Part shown: one piece after another, positions 40,201 to 52,600 of the stretch | Layout: each line of letters begins with the position of its first letter | How positions within the stretch are numbered: position 1 is the stretch's first letter | Assembly: GCA_030704615.1 (NCBI GenBank) | Contig: CM060731.1 | Location: 26,536,001-26,600,000 of the forward strand | Reading direction: 5' to 3' | Length of the DNA: 64,000 bases | Source of the DNA: Takakia lepidozioides | Lineage: Eukaryota > Plantae > Bryophyta | The notes under the pieces: generated by a model | Told to the model about the DNA's origin: nothing | What the model saw: the letters and a program-made list of their open reading frames with translations, nothing else | Database searches by the model: none | Translations under genes and position numbers: made by a program

Positions 40201-42851
40201 CTTCAAAGTCTGATTCCAGCACCATGACGGCGCGCTTTTCGAGCTGCAAATAGTATATTTGTCAGAATTGCAAAAAAGATACCATCACATACTTGAAGAG
40301 AAGAAACAGCATGTTCGAATACACACCTGACTCCAAAATGTAGCCTTGTGGAGCCAGTTATCAAAGACCAAATCACTGATTCCTTCCACCTTTGTTGCCA
40401 GGCTGTATGGTGCTCTTTGGGAACTGATTTGATTCAAGTCCTTTACTGTTTGATCTGAGTTCCATATCTCCAGCCACCTTCTTTTTTGTTTGTGGGTCGA
40501 CCATCGATATGGCCAGCCGGTGTGCAATTTCTCCTGCGCATCTCCGGATGCACATGCTTGTCATAGTGTGTTTTGATCTGCTGAAGGAACTCAGGACCAA
40601 GTCCAGGGATCTACTATTCTAAGCTGATTTTCCGAAGGCTGACATCAATTTGGTTCTTCGCATTTCAAACTCCTTTTTATTGCAGCTTCCACACCCTTTG
40701 ATGTCCTTAGTTCTTATGGTGTAGTGCGGTGGTAGTGGTAGTGGTATATTCGGATTTTCCCTTCTCAGCTTGCCTCTGCCAGTTCTGCTGCAGCATTCAT
40801 TCAAAGTAGTGATTAGCTCCGAAGGACTACAACAATGTATTCGAAAAGTAAACAGATTACAGACTCGGGCTTACGCATATATGTACTCCAGAAACGCCTC
40901 TCGTGTGTCAAAGAATACCAAGTGCCTGCAGCTCTTCCTGTTTGCACTTCTTGATGATATTGGGTGGTAGTACTGTCCGAAAAAATCATCCAGCTTCATC
41001 AGGACCAATCCTCTGAATTCGGAATAGTGTGTGAACCAAACTTGTTGTCAAATGCGATTTCTCTGTCGATCTGCAAAAACATTGGAAACATTGCATTCCT
41101 TAACACTGTTTTTTGAGGATTAACAAGACACTACAGAGGGAATGAAATCTCCTGGATGACTTACTTGTTCACGTCGTGCATAGCTGTAAGAAGCCTAGCG
41201 ATGTCGTTTCCTGGATCCAAAACCATTGCCTCCACAACAACATGCTTGTCTTTGTCTTTCGAATGGTGTTTCTGAATGTATCCCATCCATGCCAGCAATC
41301 GGCGTGGTTTGCCGTCCCAGACGTGAGTAGAACATGTGGTTGCAGAATTGCTGGGTGTTCTTTCCCATCATGAGGCAGCCCAACTCCAACTCCTCATTGG
41401 CATCTTTCCAGCACTCATCCCAGTTATCACTGATCTCTGGAGACACTAATGTGCTTTTCCCATTTATATCCGTCAGAGTGACACATAAAAAACTTGTGCA
41501 CCAAGTCTATATCCATGCACAAAATCACTCTCCAATTTGTTTTATGTCATGGAAAGAGGTGGACGCACAACAGGCATTGATATCATCCGGCACAGAGGTA
41601 TGTCCAGACGCCCTCCAGATACGAGCATGTCCCTTATAACCTCCTGAGAGTTTACCTTTGGAATGACATGAGTTCTTTCACCTTGTCAAAAGTAGTGCAC
41701 TTCGGATTCATCTGCTTCATTGTATTCTCTGAGCTTTTTGCGGACTCGTCCCCATTCTCCAGATCCTTTCCCTCTGATCCTGTAGGCTTCGACCTCACAG
41801 TTTTCTGCACGATGCCATTCAGTTCTGACTGAGTGATTTGCAAAGTGAATGGCATGGCGGTAACGACCATCACTCTGTATCAAGGAAACTCACCATGAAT
41901 GGGTGTGAAAGAATTCAGCACAATCTACACATGCAAAGCCGAGACTGCCGTATTCAAAACAAAAGCGAGAGAGCGATAGCGAACGGCGTTAACGGACAAT
42001 CACAAAAGATAACGACCTGCCGGATCGGTGTTGTGTAATGACATACATGTGCAACTGATTGGCGGCAACGACATTCAGTGTAGTTTAGGGAGAATAGTAA
42101 GTGCAGGACTCTCTCTTCAAACACATAGGTACATAAATCAGTGACTTGCGGTAACAGTGACTTGCGGTAACGACCATCACTCTGTATCAAGGAAACTCAC
42201 CATGAATGGTGTGAAAGAATTCAGCACAATCTACACATGCAAAGCCGAGACTGCCGTATTCAAAACAAAAGCGAGAGCGATAGCGAACGGCGTTAACGAC
42301 AATCACAAAAGATAACGACCTGCCGGATCGGTGTTGTGTAATGACATACATGTGCAACTGATTGGCGGCAACGACATTCAGTGTAGTTTAGGGAGAATAG
42401 TAAGTGCAGACTCTCTCTTCAAACACATAGGTACATAAATCTCATGAGGAGAATCAAATGGCGTTAACGACGCTCGCGATTCAGTAGTTCCTGCTAAAGA
42501 ATGGAAGAGGAAGGACTCCTTGAAAGGCAATCAGACAGACTATATGATAAAACTTACTGGCACCTTCTTAGGTTTTGAAATTTGATCCCCTTCTGCAGCT
42601 TTCCTCTTCCCTCTCACATCTGCTGGTTTCTGTCTGCGCAAGGTTTTCTTGACCTTCTCCAGGTTCGGCGTTCCGCGTGCTTCCACCTTCTTCAGTGTCC
42701 CTGCAAATCTCTCTCTGCCTCCACAGGCTGGCGCACTCTTATCGCCGACTGTGTCGCAGCCACTGCCTCAGTCTCCTCTGCTCTTGTGAATCAGTCTCCG
42801 CGTTCACCTGCTGCCTTGGCCCTGTGTTCTCCACAAACGACGCCTCGTCAT
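37260..42851 (-). CDS. Spliced ParB-like domain + beta-class N4-cytosine/N6-adenine DNA methyltransferase gene (frameshifted in this copy or assembly)
   Basis: ParB-like exon ~41170-41650, reconstructed across indels: IPLCRMISMPVVRP...GYR.G..VFYVS...MFYVWDGNHRLLAWM...VLD. MTase: motif-IV-like DIVILDIPDG (~38600), FLSDAGTLLLF, motif X WRGAKEKSPAFMQILLES, motif I VVDLSVSTG|ATYHACKAGGRSLFGME split by an intron (~37830/37735). Gene ends approximate. Confidence 0.75.
39227..39949. repeat. Array of 7 spaced palindromes, consensus GTGAATGTCGTCAACGACATTCAC
   Basis: Copies at ~39227, 39335, 39495, 39601, 39697, 39809 and 39928; spacing ~96-160 bp. Confidence 0.9.
41845..42476. repeat. Second, more degenerate array of the same palindrome, inside a ~300 bp tandem duplication
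   Basis: Variants at ~41845, 41979, 42055, 42157, 42282, 42357 and 42454 (e.g. ctgattggcggcaacgacattcag); 41857-42140 duplicated at 42164-42440. Confidence 0.75.
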
Positions 42852-43697
42852 TTTCTCTCTTGCTCTGCGTCTCTCTCTAATGGAAGTAAAATAAAGAGAC
42901 TTCTTCTCTTTCGTATTCTAGAAGGAACCCTCTCCAGCTTGACTACCACTCTCCCTCTAAGCGCGAAAAGTAGAAAAACGCAGTGACTCCCGATTTCTTG
43001 CGGGATTGCCTGCGTTCTCTCTAGAAGCATCGGATTCCCTCCCGCGTGACCGTTACACATAGTCGTTTCCTTATTAGTGCACATGCCAGCAATTGGTGTA
43101 CAGCTGTTCGTATTCAGTTATGGATGTCTGACGTGTGCCGCCCAAAAAAAACGGCGTGTTCTTTATTATAACGGGTTCAATATTTAAAAAGAACAGCGAA
43201 TCCCAGAAATTGATGCGCAGTCTTAAACAAATAAATATAAATGAACGAGAGTTTGATGAACAAATTTTGGAATATCATACACGGTCATCCTTGTTAGCCA
43301 AACCCCACATTCGTTTCACATTTGAACTTTCCAGGTGCGCATGATCATTGGTAGTAGTATATAGATACATTTACTTAATCTGCAATCCCATTCTCAGATC
43401 CTGTGGCATGCTTCCAGGAAGTCGGCTTTTGTATTGGGTTTATTGATGAGGTTCTGATTAACGTTTTAACAGTTGCCGACACTGCCCCTGGGGATACTCT
43501 GACCACTGGGCCCACAAGAAAAGTAATTAAAATGGACGGCTGCATATCTGGAATGAATAACAGAATATGCACAGTCGTTATCTGAGCTTCCTCCGCCATA
43601 TTCTCTGCTCATTCTTCAACTGTGTTCTGGAGACAGCAGTAAACCGATTTACACTAGATCTGCGATAGCAAGGTACAAACATACTCGAGGAAGGAAG

Positions 43698-46600
43698 ATG
43701 GCTTCCTCTGAAGCGGAGTTCTTCTCAGACGACAAACCAGTGCCGTTCTCCCAGGAAGTCCTTGACAATGGATTTGCAATTGTTCTGGAACATGTCTTGG
43801 CTACCCGTTTTCAGCTGCAGAATGGCTCCATCTTTTTGGAGAAAGAGGTTTACGATCTGAAAGGGAAGTTGGTGAAATATTCTTTCCAAAACCGTGATGA
43901 GACGGCTCATATCAGCCAGTGGAGAGTGTGTCCTGGTCGATACAGAGTACTTGGAGAGCCTCGGCGAAAGTCCCTTGGGTCATATGTGACGCCCGGGACT
44001 GCTGCTTCGGTCGTTGAAGACAATAGAGAGGTGGTGGTGAAAAAAGAACAGACTTCCTCCACTCCAATCGTTGAGCTTTCGGATTCTTCCGATGATGACA
44101 TAAGTGAAATTCCAAATCCAGTCTGTCAAGTTAAATAAGCACAGTGTGAAAACAGCTAGAATAAAACTAGTTATTTGTATTTAACACTTGGATTTAGGTC
44201 AAGTGTTAAATCAGGTGTCAAGATTAGTTTGACACCTGGTCCGTCTTATCTTCACGAGAGCGGCAGTCGCGCAGCTCATCTCTCTCGAGTTGAGCCTGCG
44301 CGACCGAGCTCCTGCATGCGTTTAGATCTGAGTGTACTCATGATGGGAGTGTAGGTTTTGTTTGTGGTGGAGTCCCCATAGCTTGGGGTGCCCCTGGCTC
44401 GACTACTGTTTTAACGAGTGATGTTGAGGGATTTCATATTTCTTGTGTTGAGAGTGTGTGTCTTTTCAGCTTTCTTATCACTTGAGAGAGATGAGCCTAT
44501 CTAGTTTTCTAGTGCTAAGCTAGATACAATGTTTGTTTTAACACTATTATAATATATATCTTGGGGCAAGAGCCCATCTAGCCCTGCTGTTGCCATGGGT
44601 TTGCGCTTGTTGTTTACACATTGGCGTTGGTGGTGATCAGGGTGTAGTTATTCCTGTTTTGTGGTGGCGGGTGCGCGGGGGCCCTAGTAGCCTGCTGCCT
44701 GAGCGCTGGGGCAGGCTGAGCACCAGTAGGCCAGTCATGCCCAACTTGTGTGGTCCGTTGTGTTGCAGCTCAAGAAGGGCCATTGGCTTGTAGCCCATTC
44801 TGGCTTGCAGGCATATTGCTGTTCACCGTGACCTGTAGCGCTGATGATTTTACTTGGCGGGAGCGGTAGCTTGTCAAGAACCAGGTTGGCATGAGTGTAG
44901 AAATTGGTCAAGTTGGCCCCAAGTCCTTGGTGATGGGTTTTGCAGTGACCACTGAACTGTCTGCCTGCATCTGTGTTGCTGCTTGTCCCTGTGCGGAGTC
45001 TCCGGACGTGCTGTCGACGGGTCTCGGCGTTGCGCACTCGTGTATGGTGTGAGTAGTGAAGGTCGAACGAGATGCAGAGCGCGCTGGATGGCGGGGCGCA
45101 GGGATGCACCATCTCTCCCATCTGTTGTTCCATTGTTTTTATGGAAACACTTTGCTCATCAGTTGTTTTTGTTTGGATCAAGAACCGAGGGTGCAGAACA
45201 AGCCTTTCACATCTTGTGGTGCTGGGAGGCAGCGGACGAGCAGAATGTGATTGGTAATGTTGGGGGACTGTAGAGAGGGGTTGAGAGATGTACTCAAATG
45301 GAGCAGCAGATTATGGTTTTCACTGATGCGTGATGCTTGCTTGCTGACTGCTTGCTTGCTGACCAGATTAAGGACTGGGTTATGGAGTTGAAAGCGGGAT
45401 CTTACTTGTCAAGGCCCAAGTGCAGAGTCCCTTCCAAGTGGTAGCTACGTCTCCTACGAAGCCTTCAGGGATCCCAACAAGATTAGGTCATAACACTTCG
45501 CTGTTTCTGTGTGCGGGTATTCTATGCACCGTGAATTGTCTTTTGGCTTGACCAGCACCTAGTAATCTGGTCGAAAGAAGGGGCCCTTTGAATATCTGGC
45601 ATGTAGGTCAGCACTGGAGCATGGAACAGCGCTGACTGGAGTTCTTTAAAGATCCTTCACAATGGTGCGACTGCAGCTTTGGCAATATGCTTTATGTAAA
45701 CGTGAAGGAGTCTGTCAGGAAGGAAATTTATTGACTCTGTTATTGTGAACTGGATTGTACCCCTAGTGGTTGAATGACATAAGAGTCTTGGTTTTTCCTC
45801 GGAAAGAGGCTCTTACTGTCAGCAGCTTAGGTTGCTCTTTCTAAGCAGGGTAGGGAGGGAAAGTTGGGGTTTTCCCTTGCAGCTGGCAAGGTGCTTAGAA
45901 TGGTTAAACAGCCATCCTCCGTCATCGGTTCTCTATATTGCCTTTGAACCGTAGCCCTACTCACTGCCACACAGAGTGATCAGCTAGCTCTCGGACTCGA
46001 AGCCAGTGGACAACAGTTCTTTTGGTTTTGAGAGCCCCTGCTAGTAAGCAAGGATCAGAGGACAATCTGCCACAAAGCCAGGCACATTGCCGAGTGGTCG
46101 AGGCACTCGTACTTCCGTGCACTGCAGCTGGGTTTCCACATAGCCGACAGGCTTGAAGAAAGGTCTCAGCTGGGGATCACTCAATTTGGACACTGCTAAG
46201 CTGGTGTGTGGGCAGGCTTGCAGGAACTTGCTTGCCAACTTTACTTCAATGAAACTTGTGAGGGTGCCAGGTGAAGTGTTGCCAAGGGGAAATGAGCTCC
46301 ACGACCTCCATCGTCACCCATGGTTTGTGGTAGAAGACGGTGGGATTCCAAAGCATGGTGAGCTGTTGAACTCAAATGAAATGGAGGGGAACAGCAGGCA
46401 CGTGGCCAGGGAACCTAGGATGCCATATAAAACTTAGGGAACCGGGAACCAGTTACCAGACATTTTGGGTGTAACTTTAATGTTTAACTTGAAAACCTTT
46501 ATTAAAAAAAAAAAAAAAAAACCCCTTTTTAATCTAATTTGAATGATTTGGAGCCAAATTCATCATATCTTTGTCAAATGGACTCTGGTTGACCCAGTTT

Positions 46601-49600
46601 TTGGGGGGATAGCTGCAGAAAGGGGAAATCTACCTATCTAAACCTGGTTTCTGTTTTGGGGACTCTGCTAAAAATCTATGGAATTTTTAGAGTGTGAGTG
46701 TGCCACGAAAATCCACAATCCTGTTTCTAGAACCTGTGCTGGCCTATATGAGAGACAAACTGTGGATGTACTCCCTGTATGGCTGGGGGAAATGAGGACG
46801 TAATTGAAGGGCAGGTCTCTTCTCTTAGCCTGTGCACACAAGGGGACATGATCTATGTTTCCCAAGGAACTCAGACTGATTTGAGTGGAGAACAGTTGGA
46901 CGAGTTGATTGCATACTGGGAGTCAGGCATTAGCAGTAGACAACAGACTGCTGTAGTTGGCATTGAGGGCCTCAATATCGCCTTGGACAGTCAGAACTCT
47001 GTTGGAGCCAGTTCTTCTGCAGCTGTAGGTGAAATACCAAAGTGGGTGAAAGCTAGGCTTGGAACACAGCCAAAGACAGCTCCGGGGACCAAGGTGTTCA
47101 GCCACAAGGCCGTGGTGTACTGGAGCAGAGGAGCAGGAGCTACACAAGTTTGTGCAATCAGACTGGTTGCAGCCGGATACGTCTGCACAGGGCAACCACG
47201 AGCGGGGGTTCATCAGCAATGACATGTTTGTTGTGCGTGAAGGAGATGCAGTCATTCGCAATGAGGACACCCGCAACCGTCTCAAAGCTTTCGAGTTGAG
47301 AGACTATCAGACCCTACCTTTGTTTTCTTTAGTGTTCAGTGAGCGGGAGATAGGGGAGTATTGCTTTGTCTCTACCTGGCAGAAAGAGGAGGAGGGTTGG
47401 TTAGAGCGAGCTACTGTAGCTTGGGACAAGGTTAGTGGCAGGTTTCTGGACATAGATATACCTCCTACACCTTACCATCACGCAGAGCGAGGCACTTTGA
47501 GAGAAGTCTGGAAGTTGATAGCATAGATCAGGATTAGATCTTGCTTGGGCGGGCTTCTATTCTTCCCCTCCATCTCTGTACTATTTTCATTACCTTGTAC
47601 TCGTAGTTGCCAAAGCCTCTCTTGGTGGAGGCCAGTCAGTCCGGGGTTTTGGGCTGGGATATTCTGCAGGATCAGCATTGCAGCTGGATTTTGGTGTGGG
47701 GGTGTTGATGTTTTGATTTCTTGTGTTTGGATCCCCCCCAACACCTGCATGCTTGACTGTGCGCCATGTTGGTTTTGTGTGGGCGCTTGCTTTCATAGGG
47801 ATTAGGCCGGATTTGATCACCGGTCAATCCTAGAGTATGCTGTCGGTGGTGAGGCTGGAGTGATGACCAGCAAGACCACCAGTGTTTCTTCTATGGTGAG
47901 GCTGGGTTGATGACCAGCCAACCATAGGAGTTCTTGCGCGGTGGATGCAGGTGCCCTGAGCCATTGGGATATGACCCTTAGACTGCAACAGGTGCCCACC
48001 CGTGTCACTATTAGATTAGTACTAGAGCCTTATAGTGTCACGTGGAGGAGGTGCACATTGTGAGTGTCATTACGGAGTTACCCAAGGGTTTTGAGGGGAG
48101 TACGGCTACAGGCAGTAGCAGTGAGAGTGGGTTCACAAGACGAGGTATTCGGTTCAGACCACCCTCAATTACTGTAGAGTCAGACACAGACTCGGAGGCT
48201 TCATCAACAGGTGTGCACTTTCATTCGCCATTGTTGTGGGACGACATGGAGGAGATGTATGGAGCTACCAAGGGGCCTCGTAGGTACTCTGGAGCTGTGG
48301 GCACAATCGAGTTGGATGACTTTATCCAGGAGTTCGACAGCTGGTGTGATTTGCAGCAGATGCGCAATCCACAGCTATTCACCCCATTCATGGCGTGGAA
48401 GGGACTGTTCCAGCATTTGGAAGGCCCGCCTATGGACGATTACCACGAGTTCAGGCGAGGACATGAAGCAGAGATTGAGGAGTGGAGGATGTATTGGTCA
48501 CCTGACTACGTCTCCATTACTCGAGGCACGACGCGACCAGTAGCTGCATCAGTACCAATAGCTCCCACTCCACTGCCAGCACTAGTAGTGGAGCAAGTAG
48601 TGCTGGTACTTCTGCAGGTGGTACCAGTTCAAAAGGTGCTACTACTCCTCCTGCCACGACTACAACACATGTGCCTAGATTCAACCCGGTGGTGGAGTTC
48701 TTCCAGGAGTTGCGGAGGAACTACCAAGGTGTACGGACAGAGAAGCTGCGAAGTTTGCAAGACTTCCAGCGCAAACCCAGTGAGAGCCTGCGAGAGGCGT
48801 ACACTCGTATGAGGCGCTTGATAAGTGTGACCCAAGGGGTTACTGAAGCTCAGGCAATCCAGTTTTGGTATGGAATTCTGGACAAGGAGCTCAAGAGAAG
48901 GGTGCGAGATGCAACCCTGTTACAAGCAGCCCAACCCACATTAGCAGATGTGTTTCTGCTGGCTGAGCGGATTGAGCTCAACATGGTGGAGGAGCGAGTT
49001 GTTACAATTGGATTTGGCAAGGACATGCCTGTACGGGGCACAGCTGTCAGCCCACAGGCACAAGGGACTGCCCAACAGCGTGGTCAGGGGGGCAAGGTTG
49101 CCCAGCCCAAGTTCCATGGAGCTTACAGGGGACCTCAGGTGCAGAGGCCCGGGCATCTTTTGCAGGCCAACAGCAACCAGGGGTGATATGTTGGACATGT
49201 GGAGGACCACATGTCAAAAGAGATTGCCCAGAGACTGGCAGAAGGGACGGCACAAGCACAGCCTGCACAGTTGCAGTGTGGGGCATTGTGGCAAGTATGG
49301 GCATGGAGATGCCCAATGTTATGACTTGCATCCTGAGTTGCGCCCAGGCACGTTCCAAGAGAGGAAACAATGGTGGCCGGGGGCGAGGTGGACCAGCCCA
49401 AAGAGGACGAGGTGGTCGGGCACGAGGTGCAGGCCAAGGGCAAGCTCCACATGGCCAAAGACGCGGAGGTCAGGGTGTTGACCAAGGCATGGCCAATCGG
49501 CTCTCCAGCAGCTAGAGCAGAGGCTCGCTGCCATGGCTATAGCTCAGGCGGGGGGTAGGGTACCGGCTCCCAGGCGGGATGGCCCACCTCCTGCTTCTGA

Positions 49601-52600
49601 GGGAGGGATATGGGCGGCATGGGATTCATGTGCGGAGCAGCATACCACTAGAGCAGGTGGAGTCTGCTGCAGCCGTGACTCGAGGAGCAGCACGAGTTCC
49701 TGAGCCACGAGGTGCAGAGGTGGAGTTGGATCCACAACGTGGGGAGGCAAGCCGTCAGGCGAGGCTGCCTCAGTCATTCACCTTGGCGGAGACAGTGTCA
49801 ACGCCATCCATGGCACCTAGTTCTCGCCCGACTGTTACCGAGGCGGAGGTTACTATGCCATTGGGGGAGAGCTACACGCGCAACACTGACACCTGCTACC
49901 AAGGCTAGTGCAGCCGGTGTGTTATTGGGGGCAGCCACCTCTGTGTGTCAAGCCCCACTGTTCTCGGCAACATGATTGCGACGCCGGGGGTAAGGCCAGC
50001 TGCAGTGTTCAGACTAGCAGCAACACTCTGTGAGAGTGGGGAGGTCATTCATCTTCTGCGGAGTTAGTGGAAGGTGTAGTGGTAGAGGGATCCTCGGATT
50101 TGAGGGTCAAGACTGCCACGGCTGCGCCCTGGCAAGCTGCAGCTGCCAGGTTGACGGAGCTGCCAGCTAGGCCAGCCTTTGAGCGCGCCATGGTGACACC
50201 TGGAGTTGTCTTGTTAGACAACTAGGGAGGCATTTTCACTTTGAGTGGACCGGCAGGCAAGAAGTACCGGCCACTGCGGGTCTTGTTGGACTCGGGAGCT
50301 CAGCCACTGATGTTGGGCAGAGCTGCTATTGCAGGTTTGGGCCTCATGGAGGCGGATATGGAGCCTTGCCCTTTCCAGATACAGACATCTCTGGGAGGAT
50401 CAGAGCAGGCTCGGGGCATGACACGGCATCAGTTGGCCATTAGACTGCAGCCGGATCATCCTATCAATGGCTCAGTAATGCGAGCCAAGGCCATTGTGAC
50501 AGACGCGGTCTCTTACGATGTCCTCGTTGGTGGGGCAGTGTTATACCCATGGGCTTCACCCTGGACTTCTGGGAGGAGTCAGCATCCTACAAGCCTGGAT
50601 GGCAGTCAGGGGATGGTCGTCGTGCACAGCTCCCTGTGACATTCATTGGGGGTATTGCAGCTGCCCAGCAGGGCAAGATGCCAACATTAGCCGCCTTCAC
50701 AGCTGCAGTTAGTTGGCCTGGAGAGTTGCTGGAAGGCAATGCCCATGCAGAGGATGTGCCACCTCCAGCAGAGCAGGATGACATGCATGGTACGGCGGAG
50801 TTGCCTGCCATGGTTGCTCACACTCCATTGTGGGGTACGAGCGAGGGTTTGCAGCAAGCTGCTGATAGACGGGTGCAACAAGCTTGGTTAGAAGCTTTTG
50901 TACCGTCAGGAGAGGAGGAGAGTGCGGTGATTGCACCAGGGAAACCTCAGTTGTCGCCATTGGACACCACACCTCTTGTGTGCAGCGGCCGGATGAAGGC
51001 ATATGCCTTCTGGACTTATTTGGCGGGATCAGCACTGGATTGGCTGCAGTGCTGCAGGCAAGTGTACGAGTTCGACGTTACCTGTATGTGGAGAGGGATG
51101 AGACTGCACGACGCGTCTCACTGCGCCATGTTGCTCAGATGCTGCAGCAGTACCCTGAGTTGTTGCCGGTGTCTGCAGTTCGTGGATACCAGCAGGCCTT
51201 GCCAGCAGACATTGCGTTGCTGGGGGCGCAGGATTTGGAGCGGGTGGCTCCATTGATTGGTAGTGGCAGGTTGGCCCTGCCAAGGGCATTCATCAGCCGG
51301 GCATGGCAATGGATTGCTAGACTCGAGGACGGGCCTGTTTTGGGAGATGGTGCGGATTTTGCGTCACTTGCAGCTTCATCAAGCTGTATCTCCGGCATAC
51401 ATCTTGGAGAATGTGCCGCTGATGGGCGATTCTCGGGCTAGGGTGATGGCCAGTGTGCATCAAGTCCGGTCGTGGCTTGGGTCAGCAGTGTTACTGGATG
51501 CAGCTGCAGTGGGGTCACGGGCTCATCGTCCACGACTATGGTGGACTAACTTGATGCCACCCGCACTGCTCAAGCGTGCATTTGATGGGGTGCAGCGGCC
51601 AGCACACCTCACCGTGGATGGCATTTTGGACACAGGAAGGCAGTCTCAACGTGTGAGACACGATGACCGTTCGCCTTTGGCAGTGGTCAACAGGGTGGTC
51701 AACCACGAGCAGCATTACCTACACTGCTCAGCTTCCCAGGATCCCATGCTTTTCGGGATGGTGGACCTGGCCTCCTGTGGGATGCTCAGTTGCAACAGTT
51801 AGTGGAGCCTAATGCCGACGAGTGAGAGCGGGCTATGGGGTTTTCCACTGGGACCACGGCGGTGCCTTCTCTTTCTGAGGCATCACGGCGTCAGGTGTTG
51901 GGGCAAGCAATGGATCTCAATTGCTTGACATGGATTATCAGCTTGGCAATGGCTGAGCAACGTAGAGTGCGGAATGCACTCCCCTTTATGGTCTCTCTGC
52001 CTACCGAGATGGTACAGGCAGCGAGTGGGGGCGAGCCGGTGAGGACCACGGGGTGTAGACATCCATGGCACACGTGGGAGGTGCTGAGGTTCAGAGGGAG
52101 TTGGCAGCCAAGGCAGCTGTGATGGATGAGGTTGGGGATTCTTCTCGGGTTGAGGAGGTCTCAATGATGAGATGATGGGGCAGGATGAGGCCTTGTCATT
52201 GACTGAGCAGGAAGGGAGTACTGCTCAAAAGGTTGCAGCATAGCAACCACGGGACGCGTCCTCTACCTCTAAGCCCACTGGACTTAAGGTTGCAGTTACG
52301 GAGGACAATTGGGAGCCTGACATTGGACCCATTGTCACTGGAGGAGAGAGACGACGTATACGGCGGTTCCTGAGGGCTTACAGGAATTGCTTTGCCTTCA
52401 GTTTGAAGGACTTGGGAGCACTGAAGGGTCAAGAGATCCGTATTGAGTTGGCCACTGACACGCCAATCTTTCGGAGACCCTATAGATACAGTGACATGGA
52501 GAGGTCTTTGATTCAGATGAGGACTCAAGATCTCTGGGAGGCAGGTTTGGTGGAGCTCTCTGGTGGAGAGTATGCTTCAGCCACAGTGATGCCAGCTAAG

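Noticed and set aside
36535-43000. Bacterial or phage contamination as the source of the ParB-MTase
   Set aside because: The gene has GT-AG introns, including one within motif I, and lies inside a TSD-bounded element nested in plant repeats.
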